Positions 36,519 to 47,960 of a stretch of 64,000 bases of DNA are shown piece after piece. Position 1 is the stretch's first letter. Every line of letters starts with the position of its first letter. The position numbers were made by a program, and so were the translations under genes. The DNA comes from Octopus sinensis (lineage: Eukaryota), in contig NC_043002.1 in the NCBI RefSeq assembly GCF_006345805.1, positions 102,920,001-102,984,000 of the forward strand. The letters are read 5' to 3'. The notes beneath the pieces were generated by a model, which worked only from the letters and a program-made list of their open reading frames with translations, did not search any database and had not been told where the DNA came from.

Positions 36519-36582
36519 TTATTATTATTATTATTATTATTATATTATTATTATTATTATTATTATATTATTATTATTATTA
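36470..36582. repeat. (CTT)n-(ATT)n microsatellite
   Basis: Direct inspection. Confidence 0.95.
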
Positions 36583-37099
36583 CACACACACATACACGTA
36601 TGTATGAAAGTGAGAGTGTGAGAGATTAGGTCATATATATATATAAATAAATATATAAATATATATGTGTATAGTGTTTTCTAGAAAGTTATCTCGTTAT
36701 ACTTAATTGGTTGATTGGCTATGTATCAGTATATTCACTTCTTTGTGTGTGTATGTGTGTATATATATTTTCACATATATATATCCCAGAAAAATTGAAA
36801 CCATATTTTCTCACTCATTCTGAACTTGAGTCTCTACCTCTGCCTCTGCCTATTTTTCTTGCTTGTTAAATTGTAAGTAATATTAATGTGTATTGTATTG
36901 AGTTTTTTTATTTTTGCTGAAGGAAAGAAAAATATTGGAAATATTTTCATGATGAAAACATTTCCAATGTATTATATTATTTCTTATTAATTAGTTTCCC
37001 ACAGTCAAAGAAAAGACGTAAACAAAATTAATTAGATGTAAATTATGCAATTTACGATATGTTTCACATTCGTTTTATGAATAATGTAATATTTCATGT

Positions 37100-37130
<31 letters not shown>

Positions 37131-37504
37131 TGGGTTATTTGTGTAGTAAAAATTAACACCAGAAACCAGAAAGCAATTTGTTATTTGTGACAAATATATA
37201 TTTGTTGCATGAAAAATAAGGTATACCTTGTTCATGTGTTTAATATTTTGAGGTTATTTTTGTGTTTCGCAGCTATGCGATTTATGATTCGCATGTTCTC
37301 AACGTATTACACAAACGTCAGTTTTCATGTCCACTGCTCCATCAAAGCCTCAAGGAAATTTTACCGATCGCGTCATACAGAGCGAAATCTACGTTGATGC
37401 TTGACACAACATTGTTTCGTTTCATCACATGTGTGTGTGTGTGTGTGTGTGTAAATATGTATATATATAGATATATATGCGTGTATATATGTATATATAT
37501 ATAT

Positions 37505-38860
37505 ATATATGAAAAAACATGTCAAAAATAGAAAATGCTAAAATAATTTTATAGTGAACATTTCAGTACCGGTTTCGGCCATTTTGAGACCTTTTCAACT
37601 GTAACGATTAAATAATTAAATTTAGAAAAATTAGAAGAAAAGTTTTTTTAAAAGAATATTTCTATAGTAGTGTTCAGATTTAAGTGGCATTCTGCCTTTC
37701 TCTGACTCCCTTGTTTGCACTTGTGTGTTGGAGGTCGTTGTGAGTTCTTGGTAGGGTAGTAGAGGAAGAAGGCTGGTGAGGAAAGGGGGGGTGGGAGAAT
37801 CTGGGAGTGCCCTGATGGTCGTATTTTGAATGGTCAGTGGCGGCTGGCAGTCTCAGTTCAATTCAGGAGAATATTTATATTGACAGGCTTGTTTATAGAA
37901 TTAGCGTAGGTGTTATACTAAAAAACATTAGTGACAAAGTTAAGGGGTAGGGGGTGGAGAAGTAGAAGAAGAAGAAGAAGAAGAAGAAGAAGAAGAAGGA
38001 GAAGGAGAAGATGACGATGATGGTGATGGTGGTGATGATTATGACGACGATGATGATGATAATGATGATGATGAAGAAGAAGAGAAGAAGAAGAAGAAGA
38101 AGGAGGAGAAGGAGAAGATGGTGGTGATGATGGTGGTGATGATGATGACGACGATGATGATGATAATGATGATGATGAAGAAGAAGAAGAGGAAGAAGAA
38201 GAAAAAAAAACAGAGAAGGGAGAATATGAATGGGTGTAAGTATAGCTATGAAGGGGCTGATTGATTAGTAATGGATTCTATGGAGTGTAATATTTGTGTG
38301 TGTGTATATATTTTTCTTTTATTCTAAAGTTGAGGTATATTAATTGTTTGTCGTAGACCCGTTAAGAAGTGGCTTGTATTTTGTAATAAAGAGATTTTCT
38401 TTACTTATTCGTTGTCTCGAGGTTGTATCGTCCCTAAATTGGTAGAGGGGGAAAATTCTGAAGTTTGGTGTTTTTTTGTTGGCGCAGTATCTATGTGTTG
38501 GCTGAAAGCTATTTTTCTGTTTTGGGGAATTTTTATCTGGGATCTGTGCAGGGCCATTCGTTTACGCAAACCATTTTTTGTTTGGCCTATGTACTGCTCT
38601 TGACACCCGGAGCAGGTTAGTGAGTATATTAGGTTCTCCGAAGCACATGTGAAGTTGCTTTTCACTGTAAACCGTTGTCCCTGTTTGAAGGAGAACTCTG
38701 ATCCCTCAATTAGATAGTCGCATATCCCGCAATTGGGTCTTCCACATTTTTTTACTGTCGGCTTCTGTGTTGAAGAGTGAATTCGGGCTTGTGTAAGGAG
38801 ACTTTTCATGGATCTAGGCTGTCTTTTGCTTTTTATGATCGTGTGTGTTTGGAGGATTGT
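37505..38860 (-). mobile_element. Inverted 3' arm of the adjacent Penelope-like element (GIY-YIG, 3' UTR, pLTR)
   Basis: Reverse complement of ~42092-43430; ORF 38405-38809 is nearly identical to ORF 42142-42516; junction at 38860/38861. Confidence 0.95.
37559..37606 (-). ncRNA. Minimal hammerhead ribozyme (U3-A8 variant), inverted pLTR copy
   Basis: Reverse complement CGTTACAG-TTGAAAA-GGTC tcaaaat GGCC-GAAAC cg GTA-CTGAAATG; stem II retained via a U-G wobble. Confidence 0.75.
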
Positions 38861-38923
38861 CTGAACACTACTATAGAAATATTCTTTTAAAAAAACTTTT
38901 CTTCTAATTTTTCTAAATTTAAT

Positions 38924-38971
38924 CGTTACAGTTGAAAAGGTCTCAAAATGACCGAAACCGGTACTGAAATG
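38924..38971 (+). ncRNA. Minimal type I hammerhead ribozyme (U3-A8 variant) in 5' pLTR; predicted cleavage after 38963
   Basis: Stem I CGTTACAG/CTGAAATG; core TTGAAAA 38932-38938; stem II GGTC/GACC; GAAA 38954-57; palindromic stem III ACCGGT; GUA triplet. Confidence 0.8.
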
Positions 38972-39086
38972 TTCACTATAAAATTACTTTAGCATTTTCT
39001 ATTTTTGACTTGTTTTTTCATATATATCAACTCGTGTGTTCCTTTTCACCCTTATACATATCATTAACCCACACGAGATACAGCAA

Positions 39087-42000
39087 ATGCCAACAAAAAC
39101 AGACACAATCACCTCCATAAACGAAGAAATACTGAAAGAACTCAAGAAAATCAACACAAATTTGTCAACTTTTTTGAACAAATTCGACTCGACACTTCAA
39201 CCCAATCGAGAGAACAATGAAGAAGAAGAAGAAACAGATACGAAAAATACAACCTCCGAAATTGTCGAAAACCTTGGAAACTTATGCGAAACAATTAGAA
39301 CATTTTTCTCTAACAACGCTAACCAAGGACCGCAATATATGGGATCAATACTCTCTAACAACATACCAAATGAAACACCACATAATACCACAATGGAACA
39401 AATCACTCAGAGATAGAAAGTTCGCCTTTTGGAAGATGATCCAAAACAACAACAAAGCAGATATACGAAAAATGGCTCAACCGGACCCCGTTAATCCTCC
39501 CACGTAAATTCCAGTTCAAAGCTATTACAGAAGAACCTGAAACACAAAGACACCTCAGGGAGAGAGAATGGCACTGGAAAAAATGAAAATGGAAATAGAA
39601 CTTCTGAAATTGAGGGCCCAAACGAATGAGGATAAAATAAAATCCACCGATGAAGATATCAACGAAGAAATTCGCAAAATGACCCAAGGCCCAGATCAAG
39701 AGAAGTTCTCCAAACTATGGAAAGAGGACTGTGAAAAAGAAGAACTAAAATCTCTCCAACGCTGGGAGAAAAGCGCCACTTGGTTCTCAGACTATGAAGC
39801 CGTCTTTCAAACAGAGCACGCCTCCAACAACCCTTTCCAGAAAATAAGAAAACCAAAACAACACCCAAACACCGATACACACCTGTCTAAAAATCGGAAC
39901 CTTCACTACTATCAAAAAAAGAATACAGGACCTAACCCTAACTCTGTAAGCAGCCAGCGATACAATATCAGGAATACCCCCACTTCAAGCAGAGAAAGGA
40001 TAAATCAACACCCACAGCATAGACACTGCAACCTCATCCCCACCCAAAGGGAGTTACCAACGAAATCTTCGTCCCATTAACCGGTTAAACAACCATGCAC
40101 AACAAACCCACACCACTTGCAATGATTACCAACGAAGGCCTCCTAGAACACCACATCCGAATATGGGATATCGGGATGCTCTCCTCAATACTGCTCCAAG
40201 AACACACACCATAAATCACAACAGGAGACCCCTAATCAAAAAAGAACAACTATATACTAGCTACCGTCCCAACCACCGCATTCATTTTTTAGACCCAATA
40301 CGCAAACACAGAGACACAAGATAGCACCAAACAAGCAGGAGGAACCAAAAGTAATAAAAATTATTAATCTAACTCACAAGGAACTAACAGCAAACCAAAT
40401 AAACATACTTTCCAAAGGACTCAAGTTTACACCCACCCCACAACACCCCAACTACAATGAAATGAAAGAAGACATCGCAGAATTCTGCAGAAAATTAAGA
40501 CTTACTGAGGAGCTATACGATAAATACAACGAGGACGAATCGTTAGCCAGAAATAGGAGTAACTACACCCCCTCGAAAGGTAAGAATAAAACACTTGATG
40601 ATTTCTGTGACCACATATCAAATTACCCATATCAACATATGCACAAACAAAAACACAAACCAAACTTCAGCAAAAAAGAATGGGCTGAGTTGAACAAATT
40701 AAAACTAGATAAAACAATAACAATCAAAGAGGCCGATAAAGGGAGTGCTGTTGTCTTAATGGATACGACATTTTACATAACTTTGGTACTTTCTATGCTG
40801 GAAGACACAACATCCTATGAAAAGGCACAAAACTACAGTCAACAAAAAATAATGAGGGAACTAAAATCCATATAAACCCATACAAAGCAGGGCTCACCGA
40901 CAAGAATATGATTATATGACCAATTTCACAAGTAAAACTAGCCAATTCTACGGTATACCTAAGATCCACACAAAGTGAAAAAATAAGCAACGCATGCAAG
41001 ACAGCTACAGACAAAATAATTAAAGTCCCTAATCCTAATGACCTCAAATTGAGACCCATAATAGCAGGTCCCGCATGCGAAACCCACCGCCTCAGTAACT
41101 TTTTAGACACCCTGTAAAAAAACACTCCTCAAACATGTCAAAAGCTATATAAGGGACGACTTAGATATGCTCAATCACCTACCGAATACTATAACAAAAA
41201 CACCATACTGGTATCCTTCGATGTAGTCAACCTCTACTCCAATATCCCACAACCTAGGACTAGAGGCAATCCAATTCTGGCTAGAGAATCACGCCAACGA
41301 ACTACCACACCGCATCAAAAAAGAATTTGTGATAGAAGGGGTTAAATTCATCCTGGAAAATAACTTCTTCGCCTTCAATGACAACTTCTACCGACAAAAA
41401 TCGGGGACTGCGATGGGTACACGAATGGCCCCCTCCTTTGCCAACCTAGTCATAGGATACCTAGAGATCAGTCTGTATCGTAAGGTTCTAGAAAGATATG
41501 GCAGCCCTTTCTCCATCTACATAGAAATCAACTGGAAGAGATATCTAGATGACTGTTTCATCCTTTGGCATAAAAATATAGAAAAACTCATAGAATTCCA
41601 GAAAAATTTTAAACGGACTGGACGTAAACATCCAATTCACGATGGAATATAGCCAACAACAACTCCCCTTCCTCGATATCCTCATTAAGAAAGCTAATAA
41701 TATAATAGAAACAGACATATACTATAAGCCTACAGACTCTAAGCAATATCTTCCATTCATTCATGCCACCCCAGACACACCAGGATGAATATTCCCTTCA
41801 ATCTAGCAAAAAGGATATGCACTATAGTCTCTAACGCAAACACCAGAGACACACGACCTACAAGAACTAAAAGATACCCTAATCACCAGGAACTATCCAC
41901 CTTCACTTATTGACAAGTGCATTCAACGTGCCCTTCAACTTAACATCAAGGAACTGAGACATCCCAAATCAAAGAAAAACTTACAACCAAAAGACTTACC

Positions 42001-42610
42001 ATACATCTCCACACACAACCCTCTCAATAACGAAGCCATCGACACCATCCTCCACAACATACCCCTCCTAAAAAAATACCACAGAATGAACACAATCCTC
42101 CAACACACACGATCATAAAAAGCAAAAGACAGCCTAGATCCATGAAAAGTCTCCTTACACAAGCCCGAATTCACTCTTCAACACAGAAGCCGACAGTAAA
42201 AAAATGTGGAAGACCCAATTGCGGGATATGCGACTATCTAATTGAGGGATCAGAGTTCTCCTTCAAACAGGGACAACGGTTTACAGTGAAACGCAACTTC
42301 ACATGTGCTTCGGACAACCTAATATACTCACTAACCTGCTCCGGGTGTCAAGAGCAGTACATAGGCCAAACAAAAAACGGTTTGCGTAAACGAATGGCCC
42401 TGCACAGATCCCAGATAAAAATTCCCCAAAACAGAAAAATAGCTTTTAGCCAACACATAGATACTTGCGCCAACAAAACACACCAAACTCAGAATTTTCC
42501 CCCTCTACCAATTTAGGGACGATACAACCTCGAGACAACGAATAAGTAAAGAAAATCTCTTTATTACAAAATACAAGCCACTTCTTAACGGGTCTACGAC
42601 AAACAATTAA
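39087..42610 (+). pseudogene. PLE polyprotein (long N-terminal region, RT, Cys linker, GIY-YIG endonuclease), multiple frameshifts and stops
   Basis: Pieces at 39036-39416, 39568-40080, 40462-40875, 41329-41652 and 42142-42516; terminal TAA 42608-42610. Confidence 0.9.
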
Positions 42611-43325
42611 TATACCTCAACTTTAGAATAAAAGAAAATATATATACACACACAAATATTACACTCCATAGAATCCATTACTAATCAGCCCCTTCATAGC
42701 TATACTTACACCCATTCATATTCTCCCTTCTCTGTTTTTTTTTTCTTCTTCTCTTCTTCTCTATCATCATTCTTATCATCATCATCGTCGTCATCATCAT
42801 CACCATCATCACCACATCTTCTCCTCTCCTTCCTTCTTCTTTCTTCTTCTCTTCTTCTTCTTCGTCTTCTTTTCTTCATTCACATCATTATCATCATCAT
42901 CGTCGTCATAATCATCACCACCATCACCATCATCGTCATCTTCCCTTCTCCTTCTTCTTCTTCTTCTTCTACTTCTCAACCCCCTACCCCTTAACTTTGT
43001 CACTAATGTTTTTTAGTATAACACCTACGCTAATTCTATAAACAAGCCTGTCAATATAAATATTCTCCTGAATTGAACTGAGACTGCCAGCCGCCACTGA
43101 CCATTCAAAATACGACCATCCGGCACTCCCAGATTCTCCCACCCCACATTCCTCACCAGCCTTCTTCCTCTACTACCCTACCAAGAACTCACAACGACCT
43201 CCAACACACAAGTGCAAACAAGGGAGTCAGAGAAGCAGCAGAATGCCACTTAAATCTGAACACTACTATAGAAATATTCTTTTAAAAAAATTTTCTTCTA
43301 ATTTTTCTAAATTTAATTATTTAAT

Positions 43326-43373
43326 CGTTACAGTTGAAAAGGTCTCAAAATGACCGAAACCGGTACTGAAATG
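43326..43373 (+). ncRNA. Minimal hammerhead ribozyme (U3-A8 variant) in 3' pLTR; predicted cleavage after 43365
   Basis: Identical to 38924-38971. Confidence 0.8.
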
Positions 43374-43457
43374 TTCACAATAAAATTATTTTAGCATTTT
43401 CTATTTTTGACTTGTTTTTTCATATATATCAACTCGTGTGTTCCTTTTCACCCTTAT

Positions 43458-43497
<40 letters not shown>

Positions 43498-43498
43498 A

Positions 43499-44461
43499 TA
43501 TAGTGTCAAGCCAAAATTAACGCGGTTTTTCAATTGTAGGGAGTAAAGGCCTGAGTAGGGACGAGACCAACTACCTGCGCCAAGTTGCTCTAAAGCAGGT
43601 AGGTTGTAATTTAACCTTGTGCTTATTCTTGGTGCAACGACTTAAAAGTGCAGTTCGACTTTAAGTGATATTTTTCATAGTTATAATGGAAGTAAAAATG
43701 GGATATATTCGCCATATTTTGCTTAAAAATTTCAATGAAGGCAACAACGCAACGGAAAGTGCTAGGAGTATCAATGCTGTATATTGCGACCGGACAATTG
43801 ACGTAAACCTGTGTAGATAGTGGTTCCAGTAATTCCGAGCCGGAAACTACAAACCAGGAGATGGGCCTTTTCCTGGAAAATCTGTAAACTTCAACGAGGA
43901 AATCCTGTAAATGCTAGCGGAACAAAATCCGATCATAATTGTTAAGCTACTACCAGGGAGGCTTGGATTTGGTCAACCACGTATTATGTTGGTTTCTGTT
44001 TGGTGGGATGTGAAAGATGTAATCCACTCTGAACATTTAAACCAAACTGCGAGCAGCTGGAGCGGTTTAAGCGAGAGCTTGAAGAAAAAGGACCGTCTTT
44101 GGTTGCAAGAGGAAAGGTGCTTATCCATCAGGATAACGCTCGGCTACATACATCGACGATGGCATTCGAAAATCTAGAGCATTTTGAATGGGAAACGATG
44201 CCCCTTCTGATTATCATTTATTCTGCAGTCTTCAAAATCATTTCGACGGAAATTCTCTGGACGAGGTCAGAACAGAACTGGAGTAGTATTTTTCGTCACG
44301 GACAAGTGAATTTGTGAAGATGAGCCTTTCAAGCCCACCAGATAGATGAAAGAGCATTGTCCAAAATGAGAGAGAGAGTAAATTTTAGATTAAAAAGGAA
44401 CTTTATTTTAATTTTGAAAAATAAAAGAAATAAACCGTATTATTTATGGGATGAACCAGTA
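43499..44461 (+). mobile_element. Internally deleted mariner (Tc1/mariner) transposon relic with degenerate TIRs
   Basis: ATG 43686: MEVKMGYIRHILL..GNNATESARSINAVY..WF..FRAG (HTH); SVWWDVK; HQDNARLH; DYHLF; ~20/30 match between the termini; TA at the ends. Confidence 0.88.
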
Positions 44462-44574
44462 CACATACACACACACACACACACACATACACACACATAC
44501 ACAAGCAGTCCAAATTCATGGAAAAACAAAGGCTGACATCAGTGTACGAACAACAAGCAAGTTTTTGACGCTCG

Positions 44575-44620
44575 GTGAGTCTTACATTTCGAGTCTACGC
44601 ACTTCGACAGAAAGGATGAA
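44575..44620 (-). ncRNA. Possible decayed hammerhead-like motif of another pLTR-type repeat
   Basis: Reverse complement CTTT-CTGTCGAA-GTGC gtag ACTC-GAAAT-GTA-AGAC; several core and stem deviations. Confidence 0.3.
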
Positions 44621-44663
44621 CAGGATATAAACAGAGAGAAAATGACGTGTTGAGTTTAGTGTT

Positions 44664-44734
<71 letters not shown>

Positions 44735-45100
44735 ATACTTATTATAGACACACATATACATATATACATATATATACACATACATATATACATACAGACT
44801 CAAAGTCCGAGAATTTCGTGTAATGGCACTTATTAAACTAGTCACAGGTCGAGAGTTTATACAGCAGTGTATGTATAGCTATATGAACACACAGATTTTC
44901 CACATGCAACTAATTTGGTACATGCCATCGCATGAAACGTCCGATCCTTGAGTCACACTGCTACTTCTGCTAAACATCCATATAAGTATGCATATATTCT
45001 GTTTTCTATCTCTCCTGTTTACGTCAACATATCTATATTCATATTTCGATATCTACATCTCTCTCTCTTTCTCTTTCTCACTCTCTCTCTCTCTATTTTG

Positions 45101-45227
<127 letters not shown>

Positions 45228-45228
<1 letters not shown>

Positions 45229-45548
45229 AATCAAAATAAGCAACAAGAATAACTTTGGTAATTTGGTACCATCGTTTCGCACTACATCATTTTATTAAAT
45301 GTTGTAAGCATTACAACAATTTTAAAATGCTGAGCACTCATCAGCCATTATTAATAGAGGATTTCCATGAATACATAATTTTCATATCAAGTGATAAGCT
45401 TATATAGAAGGTTGATATATAGACAAAGATGGGGATTAAAAATTTTTAGAACGTTTAAGCCAGTGGAGTTTATCAACTGACTCAACTGATGTAGTGCGAA
45501 ACGATCGTACCAAATTACCAAAGTTATTCCTGTTGCTTATTTTGATTA
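45228..45548. mobile_element. ~320-bp MITE with 62-bp TIRs (60/62 identical), TA at both ends
   Basis: 45228-45289 TAATCAAAATAAGCAACAAGAATAACTTTGGTAATTTGGTACCATCGTTTCGCACTACATCA vs reverse complement of 45487-45548. Confidence 0.9.
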
Positions 45549-46507
45549 CAATCACCCCGTGGATTTATATGGATAACACCATTCAAAATTCGTGTGCATC
45601 TAACTTAAGTACCATATTCATTTGAATCTAAATTTTGCTGAAATTATATGTATATATATGTATATATAAATATATCAAAGATATCTTTGTTGGTGAATGA
45701 ATCTGTTCGTTTACTTGCTAGTTCCTTCGGAATTAATATCCTAACAAGTTAATATAGTGCATTATTTACTAAGACGGAATGGCCTCTAACTCATTATTGT
45801 CCCAGCTGTCCTCGCCTATGAACTACATTAGTGAAAATTTACTCGGTAATCTGTAATCAACCACTTTGCAAAAATACATGATACTAAATAGAAATATATA
45901 GGCCAAGGCTTCAGTTTTTGTTTAAAAGTTTCTGCAACAGTTCAGTATGTCTATTCAAGAAATAATATAATTTTACAAGCAAATCTTTTCCGCTCTAACC
46001 ATTCCAGGTAGAAACAACCCTCTACATAATTTCACTCTCGTCGTAAATGTGAGAAGTTCAGCGCTATCAGACGAAATATTTTCACACATTATGCACCTCA
46101 AAATAAGCCAGGATATAGAATGAATACCAAATATGACCACGACTTTTATAAAAGGATATGGGCTTAAAATAAAAATAAGCATACAAATCTAACCATAATT
46201 AATTGTAAAATTACATGAAACGCGTTGTACACAAAATACTTAAAAGAAACACTTTATAAAAGAATAAATAAAAATTAATAAACTCACAAGAGAAAACTTT
46301 TTTCAACTTGATCGCGTAAATCTATGGCAAATATTGTTACTTGTCTATTGATAATCTAAAGAGTGTAGTGTTAAATGTTGGCAAATATGTAAAGAGCTAA
46401 ATTGGGAACAATTAATAAGAAAGTTATTAGCATTGGATGGAGGAGTTGGCAAATCCATAAACAAGTAATTTGATATTTTTCTATCGTTGGTGGTGTTTAA
46501 TTGATTT

Positions 46508-46508
46508 C

Positions 46509-46556
<48 letters not shown>

Positions 46557-46618
46557 TTGTGTGTGTGTGGTGTGTGTGTGTGTGTGTGTACATATATATA
46601 TGTACCCATATGTGTGTA

Positions 46619-46677
<59 letters not shown>

Positions 46678-46685
46678 TATATATG

Positions 46686-46732
<47 letters not shown>

Positions 46733-46760
46733 ATATACATACATATATATATATATATAG
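46508..46760. repeat. (TA)n/(GT)n compound microsatellite
   Basis: Direct inspection. Confidence 0.95.
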
Positions 46761-47256
46761 CTTGAAGAAGAGAAGAAAGCAAGTTGCAACGGTGACCGAG
46801 AAACGTGTTGCAGAAAATATTTATACAAAACAAGGCGAAAACGAAAAGAAAAAAAAAAGTATAATGTCTCGCCAAGTAAATGTCCGTCATACTTTTCTAA
46901 TATCTCACAGACTCTATGAATTTTTCTTGCACTAACAATGACCATTTTTAGCTTTTTCTCTTTACATACGTAAATTTATACACGCACACAAAGGCACAAA
47001 CACGCATACATACACGCACTCACACAGAGACACACACATATATATATATATATAAGCATGCCCTTCAACGCAGACGCATATAGGTATGTCTTTATTCATG
47101 TTCGATATATATGTGTTTGTGTGCGTATATTTGTATATATATATTGCCAACACAGTTTTTATTATCTTTAAGCATTGAAAAATGAAGCTGATGTCTTTAT
47201 ATAGACAAATATACATGTGCACATTACAGGCATACATTCGCTTGCACATGCACACG

Positions 47257-47302
<46 letters not shown>

Positions 47303-47639
47303 CACTCACATATGATACATAGCATAGGATATTTTTAAAATACGTCGTGCAATGTCTTATAGTATCTGTTTCAGTCCTCTGTATTTTTCGTTGAGTATGT
47401 ATGTATATATGTATTTATTTGTAGGTATGTCTTTATTCAGTTTATTTCAAGATTTCTTGCCAATAGAGAAAGGACCGGTCTCTAACCTAGATCCAATGTT
47501 CCTTCATTGGAATTTCAACATCAACAACAGGGTATTTTTGTATGTGTGCATACAGGCATGTATGTATGTGCAGATTTGTATGTTTAATCTATGTATGCCC
47601 ATGCGTATAGTTACATATAAAGATATGCTCATATATATT

Positions 47640-47960
47640 TAAATGATAAACGCCTGGAAAGTTTTACAAATATTCACAGTTCCGGTGATGGATTCGATCT
47701 CTAGTCTTCGAATTAGCTTTGTCGCTTCTGCTTTTGAGAAAGCCTAATTTATCAAGATTGGTATTTAGGCAGTGTTTTACATATCTCAGATCACAAATAA
47801 TTACAGGTATAAACGTTAAGTTGTAATCTGGATAGTGTAACTTCAGATTTTCCAATAGTTCAGCGTAGGTGTTCTCTTTTTCACTGGTATTCAGCTTTAT
47901 GTTAACATCCACTGTATCTATGTATGAGTCCGTGTGCTTCAACTCCCTCCATTAACAACT
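47640..47960 (-). mobile_element. 3' fragment of an RLE-type non-LTR retrotransposon (distinct family)
   Basis: ORF 47664-47942: DVNIKLNTSEKENTYAELLENLKLHYPDYNLTFIPVIICDLRY, resembling the REL C-terminal D..(E)K..KY..L...IPVIIGALG pattern. Confidence 0.55.

Larger units (their letters stand above)
38861..43459 (+). mobile_element. Near full-length Penelope-like element (Neptune-like) with direct pLTRs 38861-39058 and 43256-43459
   Basis: ~200-bp direct repeats; ORF segments with IKEADKGSAVV, GIPKIHK, LRPII, SFDVVNLYSNIP, GTAMGTRMAPSFANL, RYLDD, LPFLD, Cys linker CGRPNCGIC and GIY-YIG NLIYSLTC..QYIGQT..RMALH. Confidence 0.95.
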
